Shown here piece by piece: positions 24,215 to 35,707 of a stretch of 60,039 nt of DNA; the first letter of the stretch is position 1; each line of letters opens with the position of its first letter. A program made the translations under genes and the position numbers. The DNA is from Octopus bimaculoides (Eukaryota): contig NC_068988.1 in NCBI RefSeq assembly GCF_001194135.2, positions 50,200,880 to 50,260,918 of the forward strand, written 5' to 3'. The notes under the pieces are model-generated. The model was not told the DNA's origin. It was given only the letters and a program-made list of their open reading frames with translations, and did not search any database.

Positions 24215-24642
24215 ATGGTATTTCATCTACTGTTACGTTCTGAGTTCAAATTCCGCCAAGGTCGACTTTGCCTTTCATCTTTTCGTGATCGATGAAATAA
24301 GTACCAATCATGCACTAGGGTTGATGTAATCGACTAGTTCCCTTCCCCAAAAAATTTCAAGGCCTTGTGCCTAGAGTATAAATAATAATAATAATAATTA
24401 TTATTATTATTATCATTATTATTATTAAGACAGCAAGCTAGCAGAATCGTTAGCATGCCGGACAAAATGTTTAGTGGCATTTGGTCCATCTTCACATTCT
24501 GAGTTCAAATTCCATCGAGGTCGACTTTACCTTTCATCTTTTCGGGGTCAGTAAAATAAGTACCGGTAGAGCACTTGGGTCAATGAAATTGACTAGTCCC
24601 TCTTCCTAGAACTTGCTGGCCTTATGCCAAAATTTGAAACCA
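24215..24642 (+). mobile_element. Two tandem family E SINEs (Deu/Nin-like core)
   Basis: gttctgagttcaaattcc...aggtcgactttgcctttcatc...aaataagtacc occurs twice, separated by (ATA)n/(ATT)n. Confidence 0.85.
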
Positions 24643-24649
24643 TTATTAC

Positions 24650-25152
24650 TAGGTTGAGAAAAAAGTTCGTGCGCCGTGTTAAAATAATGATCTTTTATGC
24701 AAGAATTTATTCAAAAACGACAACAACTATTCTTCAAAATAAAGACCATAATTTCCCACAACCTTCTGCCAACGATCTGCTAGCTTTCAGATTTTGTCAA
24801 AGTACCAATCCTTCGGCTTTGAATCGAAAAATTCTTGACAGGCTTCTTCAACTTCATCGAATGACTCGAATCAGTGACCTTTCATTAAGTGCTGCATTGA
24901 TCGGAAGAGACCGCAGTTAGATGGAACAACGTCTAGACTATAGGCTGGATGTGACAGAACTTCAACACCGTCCAATTCTTTAATCTTGTTGCTAGTCTTT
25001 CTGAAATAAAGCGAGTTTTCGACGAACAAGTCTTGGGTACTTTTCAACAGTGAATCACCATTCAACATGACATGGACTGAATGAACACACACACCACATA
25101 AATATATAAAACAGCATTCTTTTAACACAGCGTACAAACATTTTCCTCAACC

Positions 25153-25154
<2 letters not shown>
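24650..25154 (-). mobile_element. Mariner internal-deletion derivative with transposase C-terminus
   Basis: 24-bp TIRs matching 20/24 (taggttgagaaaaaagttcgtgcg). The minus strand reads EVLSHPAYSLDVVPSNCGLFRSMQH and FDEVEEACQEFFDSKPKDWYFDKI*KLADRWQKVVGNYGLYFEE*. Confidence 0.92.
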
Positions 25155-25200
<46 letters not shown>

Positions 25201-25900
25201 CGTTATTATTGTTATTATGTTCAGTTGTTGTTGATGATGATGATGATGATGCTTGCTATTTGTTGTCATTATTGTACCTAATAGATTCTTCTTCCTTTTT
25301 GCAGCTTGAACCAAACTTTGTGTCTCCGTGACCTTTGACCAACAAAGCAAAAATATAGGAAACCCAAAAAGTAAATAACATTATTTATATATATTTCTTT
25401 GTTTCATTATTTTTAGGTGTTTATTTTATTTGTTTTATATGTTTTAACCCAATTATAGAACTGCATACTGTATAAGGTGATGATGGTGATGGGGAGGGGG
25501 GGGGGAAGAGTTAGGAAATAATGACAGTCATGACAATGATGATGATGATGGTGGTAGTGGTAGCGGTGAGTGGAAGGGTAGGAGGTGACGACAGTAACGA
25601 TGATGATCATCATAATAGTGATGACGCTGATGTCAGTAATGACAAGGAAGAGAACACTGATGGTGGATGGGGTTGGTCATGAAAATGATAATAATTAAAG
25701 CAGTTACAATGATGAGAATGATTAAGAAAAGGAAAGCAGGGGTAGAAGGGAGTCTGATCTCTGCCATCATTATTTACAGAGGGGCAGCACCATAATAGGA
25801 TATCTCTATATAAAGTAATTACTTCATGGCTCACACCCTAAGTAAACATTACCCCTATCTATAATATTAGAAATTCTTTCTGACAAAAGAATGTTATTTC

Positions 25901-26009
<109 letters not shown>

Positions 26010-26083
26010 ATATATATACACACACACATAAAATTCATTTAGAGCAAAAGAATTTTTTTAATGGTGCTGGCGAATGGCTAGTA

Positions 26084-26123
<40 letters not shown>

Positions 26124-26320
26124 CAGCAGCAGTAGCAGCAGCAGAAGAAGAAGAAGGAGTAGTAGTAGTAGCAGCATTAGCAACAACAGTAGTAGTAGTA
26201 GTAATAGTTGTAGTAGTAGTAGTAGTAGTAGTATATTTGCTATCTTAACTATCACCACGATGACAACCCCCACCGACACCACCACCACCACTACCACTAT
26301 TACTACTACTGCTACTATTA
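26084..26320. repeat. (AGT)n/(AGC)n/(CAC)n/(TAC)n trinucleotide mosaic
   Basis: Direct reading. It produces the poly-Ser and poly-Leu ORFs. Confidence 0.9.
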
Positions 26321-26668
26321 TCAATAGTTATAGTGATGGTTGTAATGTTAACTGATTACAAGTTATTTTGGTGATATTACTTTCCAATTGATGATTTAAG
26401 TTATGTACACACACACACTCATACACACACACACACGTTTATATATTCCCAGGCCTACAATGAGTGTGTGTGTGTGTGTGTTTGGTCTCTTACACACACA
26501 CATACATATGTATGTATATGTATGTATGTATGTATGTATATGTATGTATATGTACATATGTAAGTATGTATATGTATGCATGTATGTATGTATGTGTGTG
26601 TTTGTATGTTTGCATGTATGTATGCAGGCATTCATGTATGTATATATGTATGTATGTAGACTCTCATT

Positions 26669-26704
<36 letters not shown>

Positions 26705-27074
26705 TCACTAGCAACGGACCACCTATATAGCTGTAACCCAAAATAACACAATCTTCTTTCTATCTTAAACTTTTGTTTGTTTTTTATTATAATTACTACA
26801 AAGACAACTGCCTAATTACATCAGTTAAACAGTGTGGAGAAGAAATCTATGGGATGTTCTGGAAATTTTTTTTTATTGTAATGAGTTGTACCTTAACCCT
26901 TTCTTACCTAGTGCTACTTAAATACACTGTCTTTGTTTCAATTAGCTTTCAAAATAATGGTGAATTTAGGAAATGATGTAATCACTACTAAGCTGGTCTT
27001 TGACATATAACATGAAATTTTGATGGAATGCCGAATACTGCAGTTTTTGGTATTCTAATAACAAAATGGCACCC

Positions 27075-27430
27075 TGTCAGTGATGATGACAAAGGTCCCA
27101 GTTGATCCAATCAATGGAAGAGCTAGCTTGTGAAATTAATGTAGTTCTCGGGGGAGATTCAGTGTGACAGGGCTGGCCCTTTGAAATACAGGTGCTACTC
27201 ATTTTTGCCAGTTGAGTGGATTGGAGCAATGTAAAACAAAGTGTCTTGTTCAGAGACACAACACATCACTGGAAATTGAACTCACGACCTTGCGATCACA
27301 AGCTGAATAGCCTCACCACTAAACCAATGTAAAACAAAGTGTCTTGCTCCGAGACACAACACATCACTGGAAATTGAACTCACGACCTTGTGACCATGAG
27401 CTGAATAGCCTCACCACTAAACTATATGCC
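27075..27430 (-). mobile_element. SINE head B + tail C with a 98-bp tandem duplication of the head
   Basis: Units 27227-27324 and 27325-27422 differ at about 6 positions. Confidence 0.85.
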
Positions 27431-27869
27431 TTCATGTTCTAATAAAACACCCACATTAAATAGGATATAAAGGATACTATTTGATATCAATACTGCTTCT
27501 GTCGTTAATATTTATTTTTTAAAGAGACTTCTGGCTATTTGCGGCATCAGTGACTGAAATGTCATTGTTTTTCTATATATATCATTGATAGTGAGATTTG
27601 GCTGGTATGAAGCAAGCAGACACTTGTCACTGACGAAACACAGCATGCTGAAATCACATGATCATGCTGTGCTGGTGCCCATGCCAGATAGTTCTTTTCC
27701 CCTAACGATATGTATGTGCTTGTAGCACCATGCATCTATATGAGAAGTTTTGATGGAATGTTTTGATTCAGACCAAAAAAAAAAAAGCAGGGAATTTGTA
27801 ATACTGAACTGGGGGTGTCCTCAGGCATGTTGGCATCAAAAGGCTTGACTAATCACTTCACGCCAATGA

Positions 27870-28025
27870 GATAGCCTCTATGTGGTCATTTGATTTGCTA
27901 GAAATAGCAACCAAATCAACCTTAGATCACAGTCCATTCACTTGAAAAGGAAAGAATACACATCAAATAATGTAGTTCAAGATACTTTGCATTAAAAAGA
28001 CAGGATGGTCATGACTGGAATACCT
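27870..28025 (+). repeat. Unclassified dispersed repeat (also ~49725-49870 and ~50125-50195)
   Basis: The block ctctatgtggtcattt...gctagaaatagcaaccaaatc is shared among three sites. Confidence 0.55.
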
Positions 28026-28489
28026 TTGATCATTGGTCTTCAGGATTGGGATTGACCAAGATCAAAACAGCATCTTTATGAGCCAAAGAGGGAGTCTGTA
28101 TGCGATTGTTCTTTATATCATCAAAATGATTGGGGATAGTCATATTTGGAATGGTTTTGCTCACAAAGCTGACTTGGATGCTAAACAAAGTGTCTTGTTC
28201 AGAGACACAACACATCACTGGAAATTGAACTCACAACTATTTGACACAAGGAAAGACTCCACAAACACACACACGAACATACACATGGATCTTTTGTCAT
28301 CACTTACTTTTCTATCTACCTTCTTGATCCCTTGCTTCTGTAAACGGGTTGGTGGGTGGTTAGAAGGATCATGAGGAATCTTTAGCAATGCTGTGGACAT
28401 GGATATCTCTGTAGTGCTGATGTCATGACAAAACTTTACCTTATAAACTCTGTAAAGTTGACAGGGCTCTTTAGTCTTGTCCTTAGTGA

Positions 28490-28745
28490 GACACCATGTA
28501 AAGAAAGGCCAAATACACTTTATAAAGTGGTAGGTATTAGGAAGGGCATCAAACCATAAAGCCATAAAAAGGGCATCCAACCATAAAAACTGAGCCAGAA
28601 AAGAAACTCCAACTGCCTAGGACATGCAACACTGTTGAATATTTGCTGACTCCAGTTATAGCGTCCCAACCAAGCACTGCTACCACACAAAATGGATGTA
28701 AAATAATGATGATGATGATGATGACAACGATGATGATGATGATGA
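28490..28745 (+). mobile_element. Degenerate RTE-type tail repeat ending in (GAT)n
   Basis: aaagtggtaggtattaggaagggcatc ... aaaatggatgtaaaataatgatgat. Confidence 0.6.
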
Positions 28746-28985
28746 CAACTATGTTAATGATGATGATAATGACAATGAGGAGATCTATGCAGCAAATGTC
28801 TGAATGTAAATTTTTGAGCCTATAGGAACACTGACATGTATATTTGAATCTGTATTATATATAAGAGATGGGCAAGTGGATGAATGTAGATGAGATTACT
28901 TGAAGAAGAGATACTTAAAATGAATAATAATAATAATGATGATGATGATAATAGTAATAATAATAACGTAATATAATGTAATATA

Positions 28986-29412
28986 GGTGCAGGAGTGGCT
29001 GTGTGGTAAGTAGCTTGCTTACTATACCAACCACATGGTTCCAGGTTCAATCTCACTGCATGGCACCTTGGGCAAGTGTCTTCTACTATAGCCTCAGGCC
29101 GACCAAAGCCTTGTGAGTAGATTTGGTGAACAGAAACTGAAAGAAGCCCGTCGTATATATACGTATGCATGTATGTATGTCTGTATGTATGTGTATATGT
29201 TTGTGTGTCTGTGTTTGTCCCACCAACATCACTTGACAACCAACGCTGGTGTGTTTACGTCCCCGTAACTAAGCAGTTCGGCAAAATAGGCCAATAGAAT
29301 GAGTACTAGGCTTACAAAGAATAAGTCCTGGGGTCGATTTGCTCGACTAAAGGCGGTGCTCCAGCATGGCTGCAGTCAAACGACTGAAACAAGTAAAAGA
29401 ACAAAAGAAAGA
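28986..29412 (+). mobile_element. Family D SINE, full length
   Basis: gcaggagtggctgtgtggtaagtagcttgct head, accttgggcaagtg CORE-like motif, internal microsatellite, and a tail ending gactgaaacaagtaaaaga. Confidence 0.92.
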
Positions 29413-29782
29413 ATAACTAAAATGTCAAATGTTCTGGTTCATGACTTTTGGCCCACCTTATATTAAATGCTGGCCAAAAGTTAGAAACGCTTATGTCCAT
29501 TTAGCAAGAAGTTTAAACTAGTAATAAGTTATAAGTTTGGTATGTAGAATGCCTTGAAAAATGGATGAAGTTCGTTGTCATATAATTTTACAGGTATCAG
29601 TCATTCACATCCTGTTGTTTATATACTAAGAACAGAAGTTTCCTGATTTATGATTGTTCCTTCCAGCAATCTTCTCCCGGTTAGTTTCTTTGATCTTTTG
29701 TAGGATGATAATTTTATGGATAATAGACAGTATATCTGATGTTATGGACAATGATTGCATTACACACACACACAGATACATA

Positions 29783-29854
<72 letters not shown>

Positions 29855-31074
29855 AATATATATATGGTGGCCCAGCCCATAAATATACAGAGATTTGTCT
29901 ACAAAAATTCTGGCTAATTTAGCCAACATACTGTATGTCTAGACTTACAAATTTACAACTGTAATAAAGCTGCAAGAAGTTGTTCCCTATGATGATTAAA
30001 TAAGCAGGAAAGCTCAAGTAACTGTTAGGTGCTTATTCAGTTCAATTTTATTGTGAATGTGTATAAAGACTGAATTTATTGTTAGCATTAAAACATCAAG
30101 TTTCATGCATGTGTGTGTATGGAATCACATATGTATATCTTAATATGCAGATATGGAGATTTATACATAAATATGATGATTGTATAAGTTGCACCATGGG
30201 TTGATATACACCCCCTCCTCTTATTCTGTTACATAATTAAAATAAATATTTGACTCAGTATCAGCCAAAAAGTTGATACATAAAAGCAGAAAAATCTTCT
30301 CTACATATGTGATCAGCATTTTAATTGTATTTTACACTTGTAACTATTATGGCAACCAACATCTGAAATAAATTATATCGCTATCACTTTTCATTTTTGA
30401 TGTAGCTGATCTTGTTTTTCAAACAACCTGTAGCTTGCTCAGCATATAACATGCTAAATAGAAAGAGCTGAGCTGCATACTTGATATTCAAATAGCTTGC
30501 TAAAAATAAAATACGTCAAGAAAACAAAAGAAACAGTATTCTTTTTATGTAAAGATATCAGACATTATCATAAGTATCAATTCATCTCAAATTGATGCTT
30601 GTAATGTCTAATATCTAAACATTTTCTTTTACTTTGAAATTATTTATTTAAAAATTGTATTTCTTAGTTTGAGTAGTTTTTTTTGTTTTTTTTTTTTTGT
30701 AATACCAGAGCAGACATTCAGTCAATCTATGAAGCAAGCAAACCATAGAAAATTTAGTAACACTAAATTTGGTACTTGGATATATTGGTTGGTGAGCAGG
30801 AATGATGACAGGGGTGGACAACAATGAATAAATGAATATATTATAGCTCATTAAGACATTAGAACACCACTGAAGATATCATTTTTATACATTTATATTT
30901 ATAATAGCATGCCAAGATTCGAGCATTTGTCTGTCATGCAGTGCTTCTACTGCTCTTAGTTGGTGTCTGTTGTAATATTTATGATAACTGCTGATGGTGA
31001 TTTTGACAATGCTAAAGCCAGACCTCAAAAACTTTCTATATATCATTATCAGCATACATCTGTTTTTCCATCCC

Positions 31075-31690
31075 TAACACAAGTTTGTGTTAGAGGGGTC
31101 TACTCCAGTACAGCAACTCATCACTTGTTGCATTCAATCATCATCTCCTTCATGAAGAACAGCATCTTGAGATCTACTCTCACCACTTCTCATATCTTCT
31201 TGAGTCTTCCTCTACTGCTGGCTCCTTCCACTTGAATTACTTGACACTTCTTCACCCAACTGTCATTATTCATAGGCATCATATGTCCTTACCAATACAA
31301 CTTCCTGTCTCTCACACTCTATGACTGACTCTCCTGGTACACATTGAAATTTTTTTTTTTTATTTGTTTATATATTTTTGTCTCAGCTCACCTGTGCTCA
31401 ATCATTTATGTATGTTGACATTAACCTCTCCCAAATCATGTGTGACTCATTTCTTTCTAGCATTTGCACATCTACCTCATTCAGTACAAATGTGTTGCTA
31501 GCATACGGTATTACACCGGATACACAAATACCATACAATTTGCCCTTCACACTTAAGGAAAGAAACTCTTTGTTGCTACCAGAATTAAGGGCTGTGTTTT
31601 TTAAACTTTGCTTTCTATGCTTTCATAACAACCACTTTCACTGTTGTCTGCATTACCTTAGTCTCTAATGAATATTCTGAGCAAATGAAA
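31075..31690 (-). mobile_element. RTE-clade LINE ORF2 C-terminal relic
   Basis: The minus strand reads SLSVKGKLYGICVSGVIPYASNTFVLNEVDVQMLERNESHMIW, then RKLYW*GHMMPMNNDSWVKKCQVIQVEGASSRGRLKKI*EVVRVDLKML. Confidence 0.88.
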
Positions 31691-32454
31691 TGTGTGTGTG
31701 AATAATACAATTCACATGAAAAATATCTATATTTTTTGCTTGTTTCAGTCATTAGACTTTGGCTGTGCTGGGGCACCACTTTGAAGAATTTTAATCAAAT
31801 GAACTGACCCCAGTACATTTTTTTTTAGTTGTTAAACCTAGTAATTATTCTATCAGTTTCTTTTGCTAAAATGCATTTTTACATAAGCAACAACACTTAG
31901 ATTTATACAGAAATGGAAATCAACAATTTGTGATGACTATGTCTATTCAAAAAGCGTTTTTAGTTTAACTAAAGTGAAAAAGCTTCAACAAGGAATGAAA
32001 CCAAGATATGGATCTAAGTTTCTGAATGCTCATTTTTAATAACTCTACAGAATTTGCTCCTCTGTTTCACACACACACACATTTACACACAAAGATATGA
32101 CTTATATAAAATACCTTTAATATTCACACCAACATCACTAACTGTGAAAATAAAGTGCCAATTGACAAAAGTGTAGTTCTATTTTAAAATTTCCTGTAAT
32201 TGCCTCTGCAGGACAATGAGAAGCCAGTGTTTTGATCTTGTGCACTGACTGTCATTTTGTGACATTATCAGGATATTGATAGTGTCATACTAAAAGTTGT
32301 TCAGGAATAAAATGCCAGCTTATTATGCTTATATACTTGTTCTTTACTGAGAAAAGACTCTTTGTTTCTGTCTGTTTGTCTATATATGCATGTCATAGGA
32401 TACACACACACATACTTATGTAGAGAATCCAGCCATTGTGTGTGTATGTGTGCA

Positions 32455-32490
<36 letters not shown>

Positions 32491-33198
32491 CGTGCATACA
32501 TATATGTATGGTGTGAATATGAAATCCCTCAAGTATTTAAGTGGGATACAAAATTATTATTTCATAATTTTATACATATTTAACACTCTCTTTGCTGCTT
32601 TGTATGGAATATCTTTTTATAAATCAAACTGTTTTATAAATAACATACTTAATGTATGTGAGTAGCTAAAAAGCCAGAAGCTACAGTTTCCGTAGATGTA
32701 TTGTGTCAAAAAACACAGTATTGTTTTAGAACAAGGTGAAAGGAAATCATCTCAAAAGTGACTGTGGGAATTGTGTTTTTAATTCAATATCGATAAAAAC
32801 TAAAGCCTCTGGTGTTTCAACTACACACTTACATTTAATATACTATATTGATAATGTTTCATATATATATATATTGGAAAAAGTGAGAGAATATACATTT
32901 TCCTAAAATGGTTCACTATAACAGTAATCCTATTCAAGTTTCAAAGTGTACCTCATTCAACAGTTGAGGATGGTCTGGACAGCCAACAGTGTGAATGGTG
33001 GAGCAATGAACCAGCTATCCTGGAATCCCTGAGCCACAGAAGTCAACAACTAAAGAATATGACAAATGTTTTGATAAGTTTTGTGTATCAATATAATCAA
33101 GACTATATGTGGGTATAGACTGAGAAAATGATCATAAAACTGACACCACGTAAGAAAGGAGTTAATGGAGATAGTATGTCGCATACATTCTTTATCGT

Positions 33199-33577
33199 GG
33201 AGGCACAATGGCCCAGTGGTCAGGGCAGCGGACTTGCGGTCATAGAATCGCGGTTTCGATTCCCAGACTGGGCATTGTGAGTGTTTATTGAGTGAAAACA
33301 CCTAAAGCTCCACAAGGCTCCGGCAGGGGATGGTGGTGAACCCTGCTGTTCTATTTCACCACAACTTTCTCTCACTCTTACTTCCTGTTTCTGTTGTGCC
33401 TGTAATTCAAAGGGCCAGCCTTGTCACACTATGTCATGCTGAATATCCCCGAGAACTACATTAAGGGTACACGTGTCTGTGGAGTGCTCAGCCACTTGCA
33501 CATTAATTTCATGAGCAGGCTGTTCCGTTGATCGGATCAACTGGAACTCTCGACATCGTAACCGACAGAGTGCCAAC
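33199..33577 (+). mobile_element. SINE head A + tail C, full length
   Basis: Complete head and tail, an (ACAT)n tail, and a 12-bp TSD acattctttatc at 33185-33196 and 33590-33601. Confidence 0.92.
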
Positions 33578-33619
33578 ATACATACATACACATTCTTTAT
33601 CTCTTAATTTTTTTGTCTT

Positions 33620-34012
33620 ATTTCAGTCATTAGACTGCAGCCATGCTGGAGCACCACCTTGACAAATTTTTAGTCAAACTTATCAACCCCAGTACTTGTT
33701 CTCTTTTAAAGTTTGGTACTTATTCTGTAGATCTTTTTCACCAAACTGTTAACTTATGGGGATGTAAACACACCAACACTAGTTGTCGACTGGTAGGTGG
33801 AGACAAACACAGCCACAAAGATGCACACACACACACACACACACATGCGTGCGCTTATGCAATGAGCTTCTTTCAGTTTCCGTCTACCAAATCCGCTCAC
33901 AAGTCTTTGGCTGGCTCGAGAGTGTAGCAGAAGACACTTGCCCAAGGTGCCACTCAGTGGGACTGTACCCAGATCCATGTGCTTGGGAAGCAAGCTTCTT
34001 ACCACACAGCCA
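33620..34012 (-). mobile_element. Family D SINE, CpG-decayed
   Basis: Colinear with 28986-29412 on the opposite strand. Confidence 0.88.
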
Positions 34013-34105
34013 AGTTTGTGCTAATGTGAATTCTTGTGAATTATTTTGAAAGCTTGGATATATAAATAATTTCAAAATATTTGTGATAGAATTTCATAAT
34101 ACACT

Positions 34106-34794
34106 TCATTGATATCTCTAGTTTAAGGAGCATAATAAATTCTCAGAATATCATTGGAGTAGATTTTTCCAGACAAAATAACATATTTGAATAATAGTAA
34201 ATAAACATTAATTAACATGAAAGTTAATTATGTATGTATCACTAAAACGTTAATGAATCATTGTGGTGGTGAGAGTTAAGATCTACAGCAGCACAAATGA
34301 TTAGAGAATGTGGGGAGAAGATTATAAATTAAAATAGTGTAAATAAATAGATTAGAGAATGTTGATTAAAGTTGTTTAAAGAAAAAGACAAATATTAATC
34401 AAGAGGTTTACTTTAAGTTAAACTATTATAGTTAGATGAAAGATTAGAAATTACCAATTTAAGAAGTAAATCTTTCATCTACGTATTTAACTTGAAGTAA
34501 ACCCCTTAATTAATATTTGTCTTTTTCTTTAAACAACTTTAATCAACACTTTCTAATCTATTTATTTACACCATTTTAATTTATAATCTTCTTGCCATAT
34601 CCTCTAATCATTTATGCTGTTGTAGATCTTAGCCACCCAATTCTGTTTCATTAACTTTTTAGTGATATATACATAATTAACTTTTATTTAATTAATGTTT
34701 ACTCAATATTATTCGAATATGCTATTTTGTCTGGGGAAAATCTATTCAATGATGTTCTAATAAGTTATACCCCTTAAACTAGAGATCTAAATGA
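34106..34794. repeat. ~690-bp fold-back palindrome (long-TIR MITE candidate)
   Basis: Arm 34106-34445 is the reverse complement of arm 34469-34794, with scattered mismatches and a 23-bp spacer. Confidence 0.92.
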
Positions 34795-34838
34795 CATGTT
34801 TTCTGAATATGATCACCAATATTTCAAAATTATATATG

Positions 34839-35707
34839 CAGGGTGTTTGGGCTAAACTTGATGGTTTTGCTATATCTCCATTTTCTCTGGAACAGCTTGA
34901 TGTATTTCTGAACAGTTAATGGCATTGCAAAGCATAAAGATTGAAAATGTAGTTGAGGAAAAGTTAGCTGATATGGAGGATTGGAAGCCATCTTAATATT
35001 GGAAGTTACCTGTACCATGATGATTTGCACCAAATGATAAAATGCAGACAACATGACTGCACCTCAGTGCTCTGTAAACACTGTAAAGGCTGTAAGACGT
35101 AACATAGACATCTGCAACAGAGACTACAGAGCCATGGTCACCAAGACAGACACAGCAGACATTCTGACTGCATCTGCATGTCAGGATTCCTCTGAGCCTT
35201 AGTCTCTGTGAAGCTGCTGGAGGCTGTAGTCAATTCCTGGCTAGAGAGGGTTATTGCTGGAAGGCCATATGCATGACAGTAGGACTCGGCTTTTTATCAT
35301 ACGTTTGGAAAAAGTCAAAAGTGGTTGTTATAGAGTTTCTAGGACTTCACCAGCCTCAATTTCTGGCCTTCTAATTCCCCTAATTGTGATCCTAAAGATT
35401 ACTGTGTGGGGGGTACAGTTCAGAAAGACACCAGCCACTCATCCTACAACACCTAGGTTGAACTGGTGATCAAGATCAAAGAGGTGTTTGAAGACCTTCC
35501 CAGGGACTCAGTGAAGAACACAAACACCAGATTTTGGAGCTGTTTTGAAGCAGGATGTGGTGGAAGCTGGGGGTAGCTACTTTGAGTAGACTGCTAACTT
35601 TCAGTCACAATCAAGTTGATATTTTTTGATTTTTTTTTTTTTAAATACTTCAATTTTTGTTTTCTTTTCCTTTTATGCAAACTGTCAAATTTAGCCTAAA
35701 GACTCTG
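34839..35707 (+). mobile_element. maT (DD37D) Tc1/mariner transposon, internally deleted
   Basis: ~30-bp TIRs cagggtgtttgggctaaacttg / caaatttagcctaaagactctg followed by TA. It reads GRPYA*Q*DSAFYHTFGKSQKWLL*SF*DFTSLNFWPSNSPNCDPKDYCV, with 37 residues between the 2nd and 3rd catalytic Asp. Confidence 0.92.

Noticed and set aside
27227-27422. CRISPR-like direct repeats
   Set aside because: Two abutting 98-bp units with no spacers, inside a eukaryotic SINE.
27628-27672. CTGACGA...GAAA...ATC hammerhead-like order
   Set aside because: Stems I and II do not form; an alternative cacagcatg/catgctgtg hairpin explains the structure.
29594-29679. 86-nt plus-strand candidate exon (tttacAG...CCG|GTTAGT)
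   Set aside because: One frame is open but the peptide is unrecognised; such sites are expected by chance in 60 kb.
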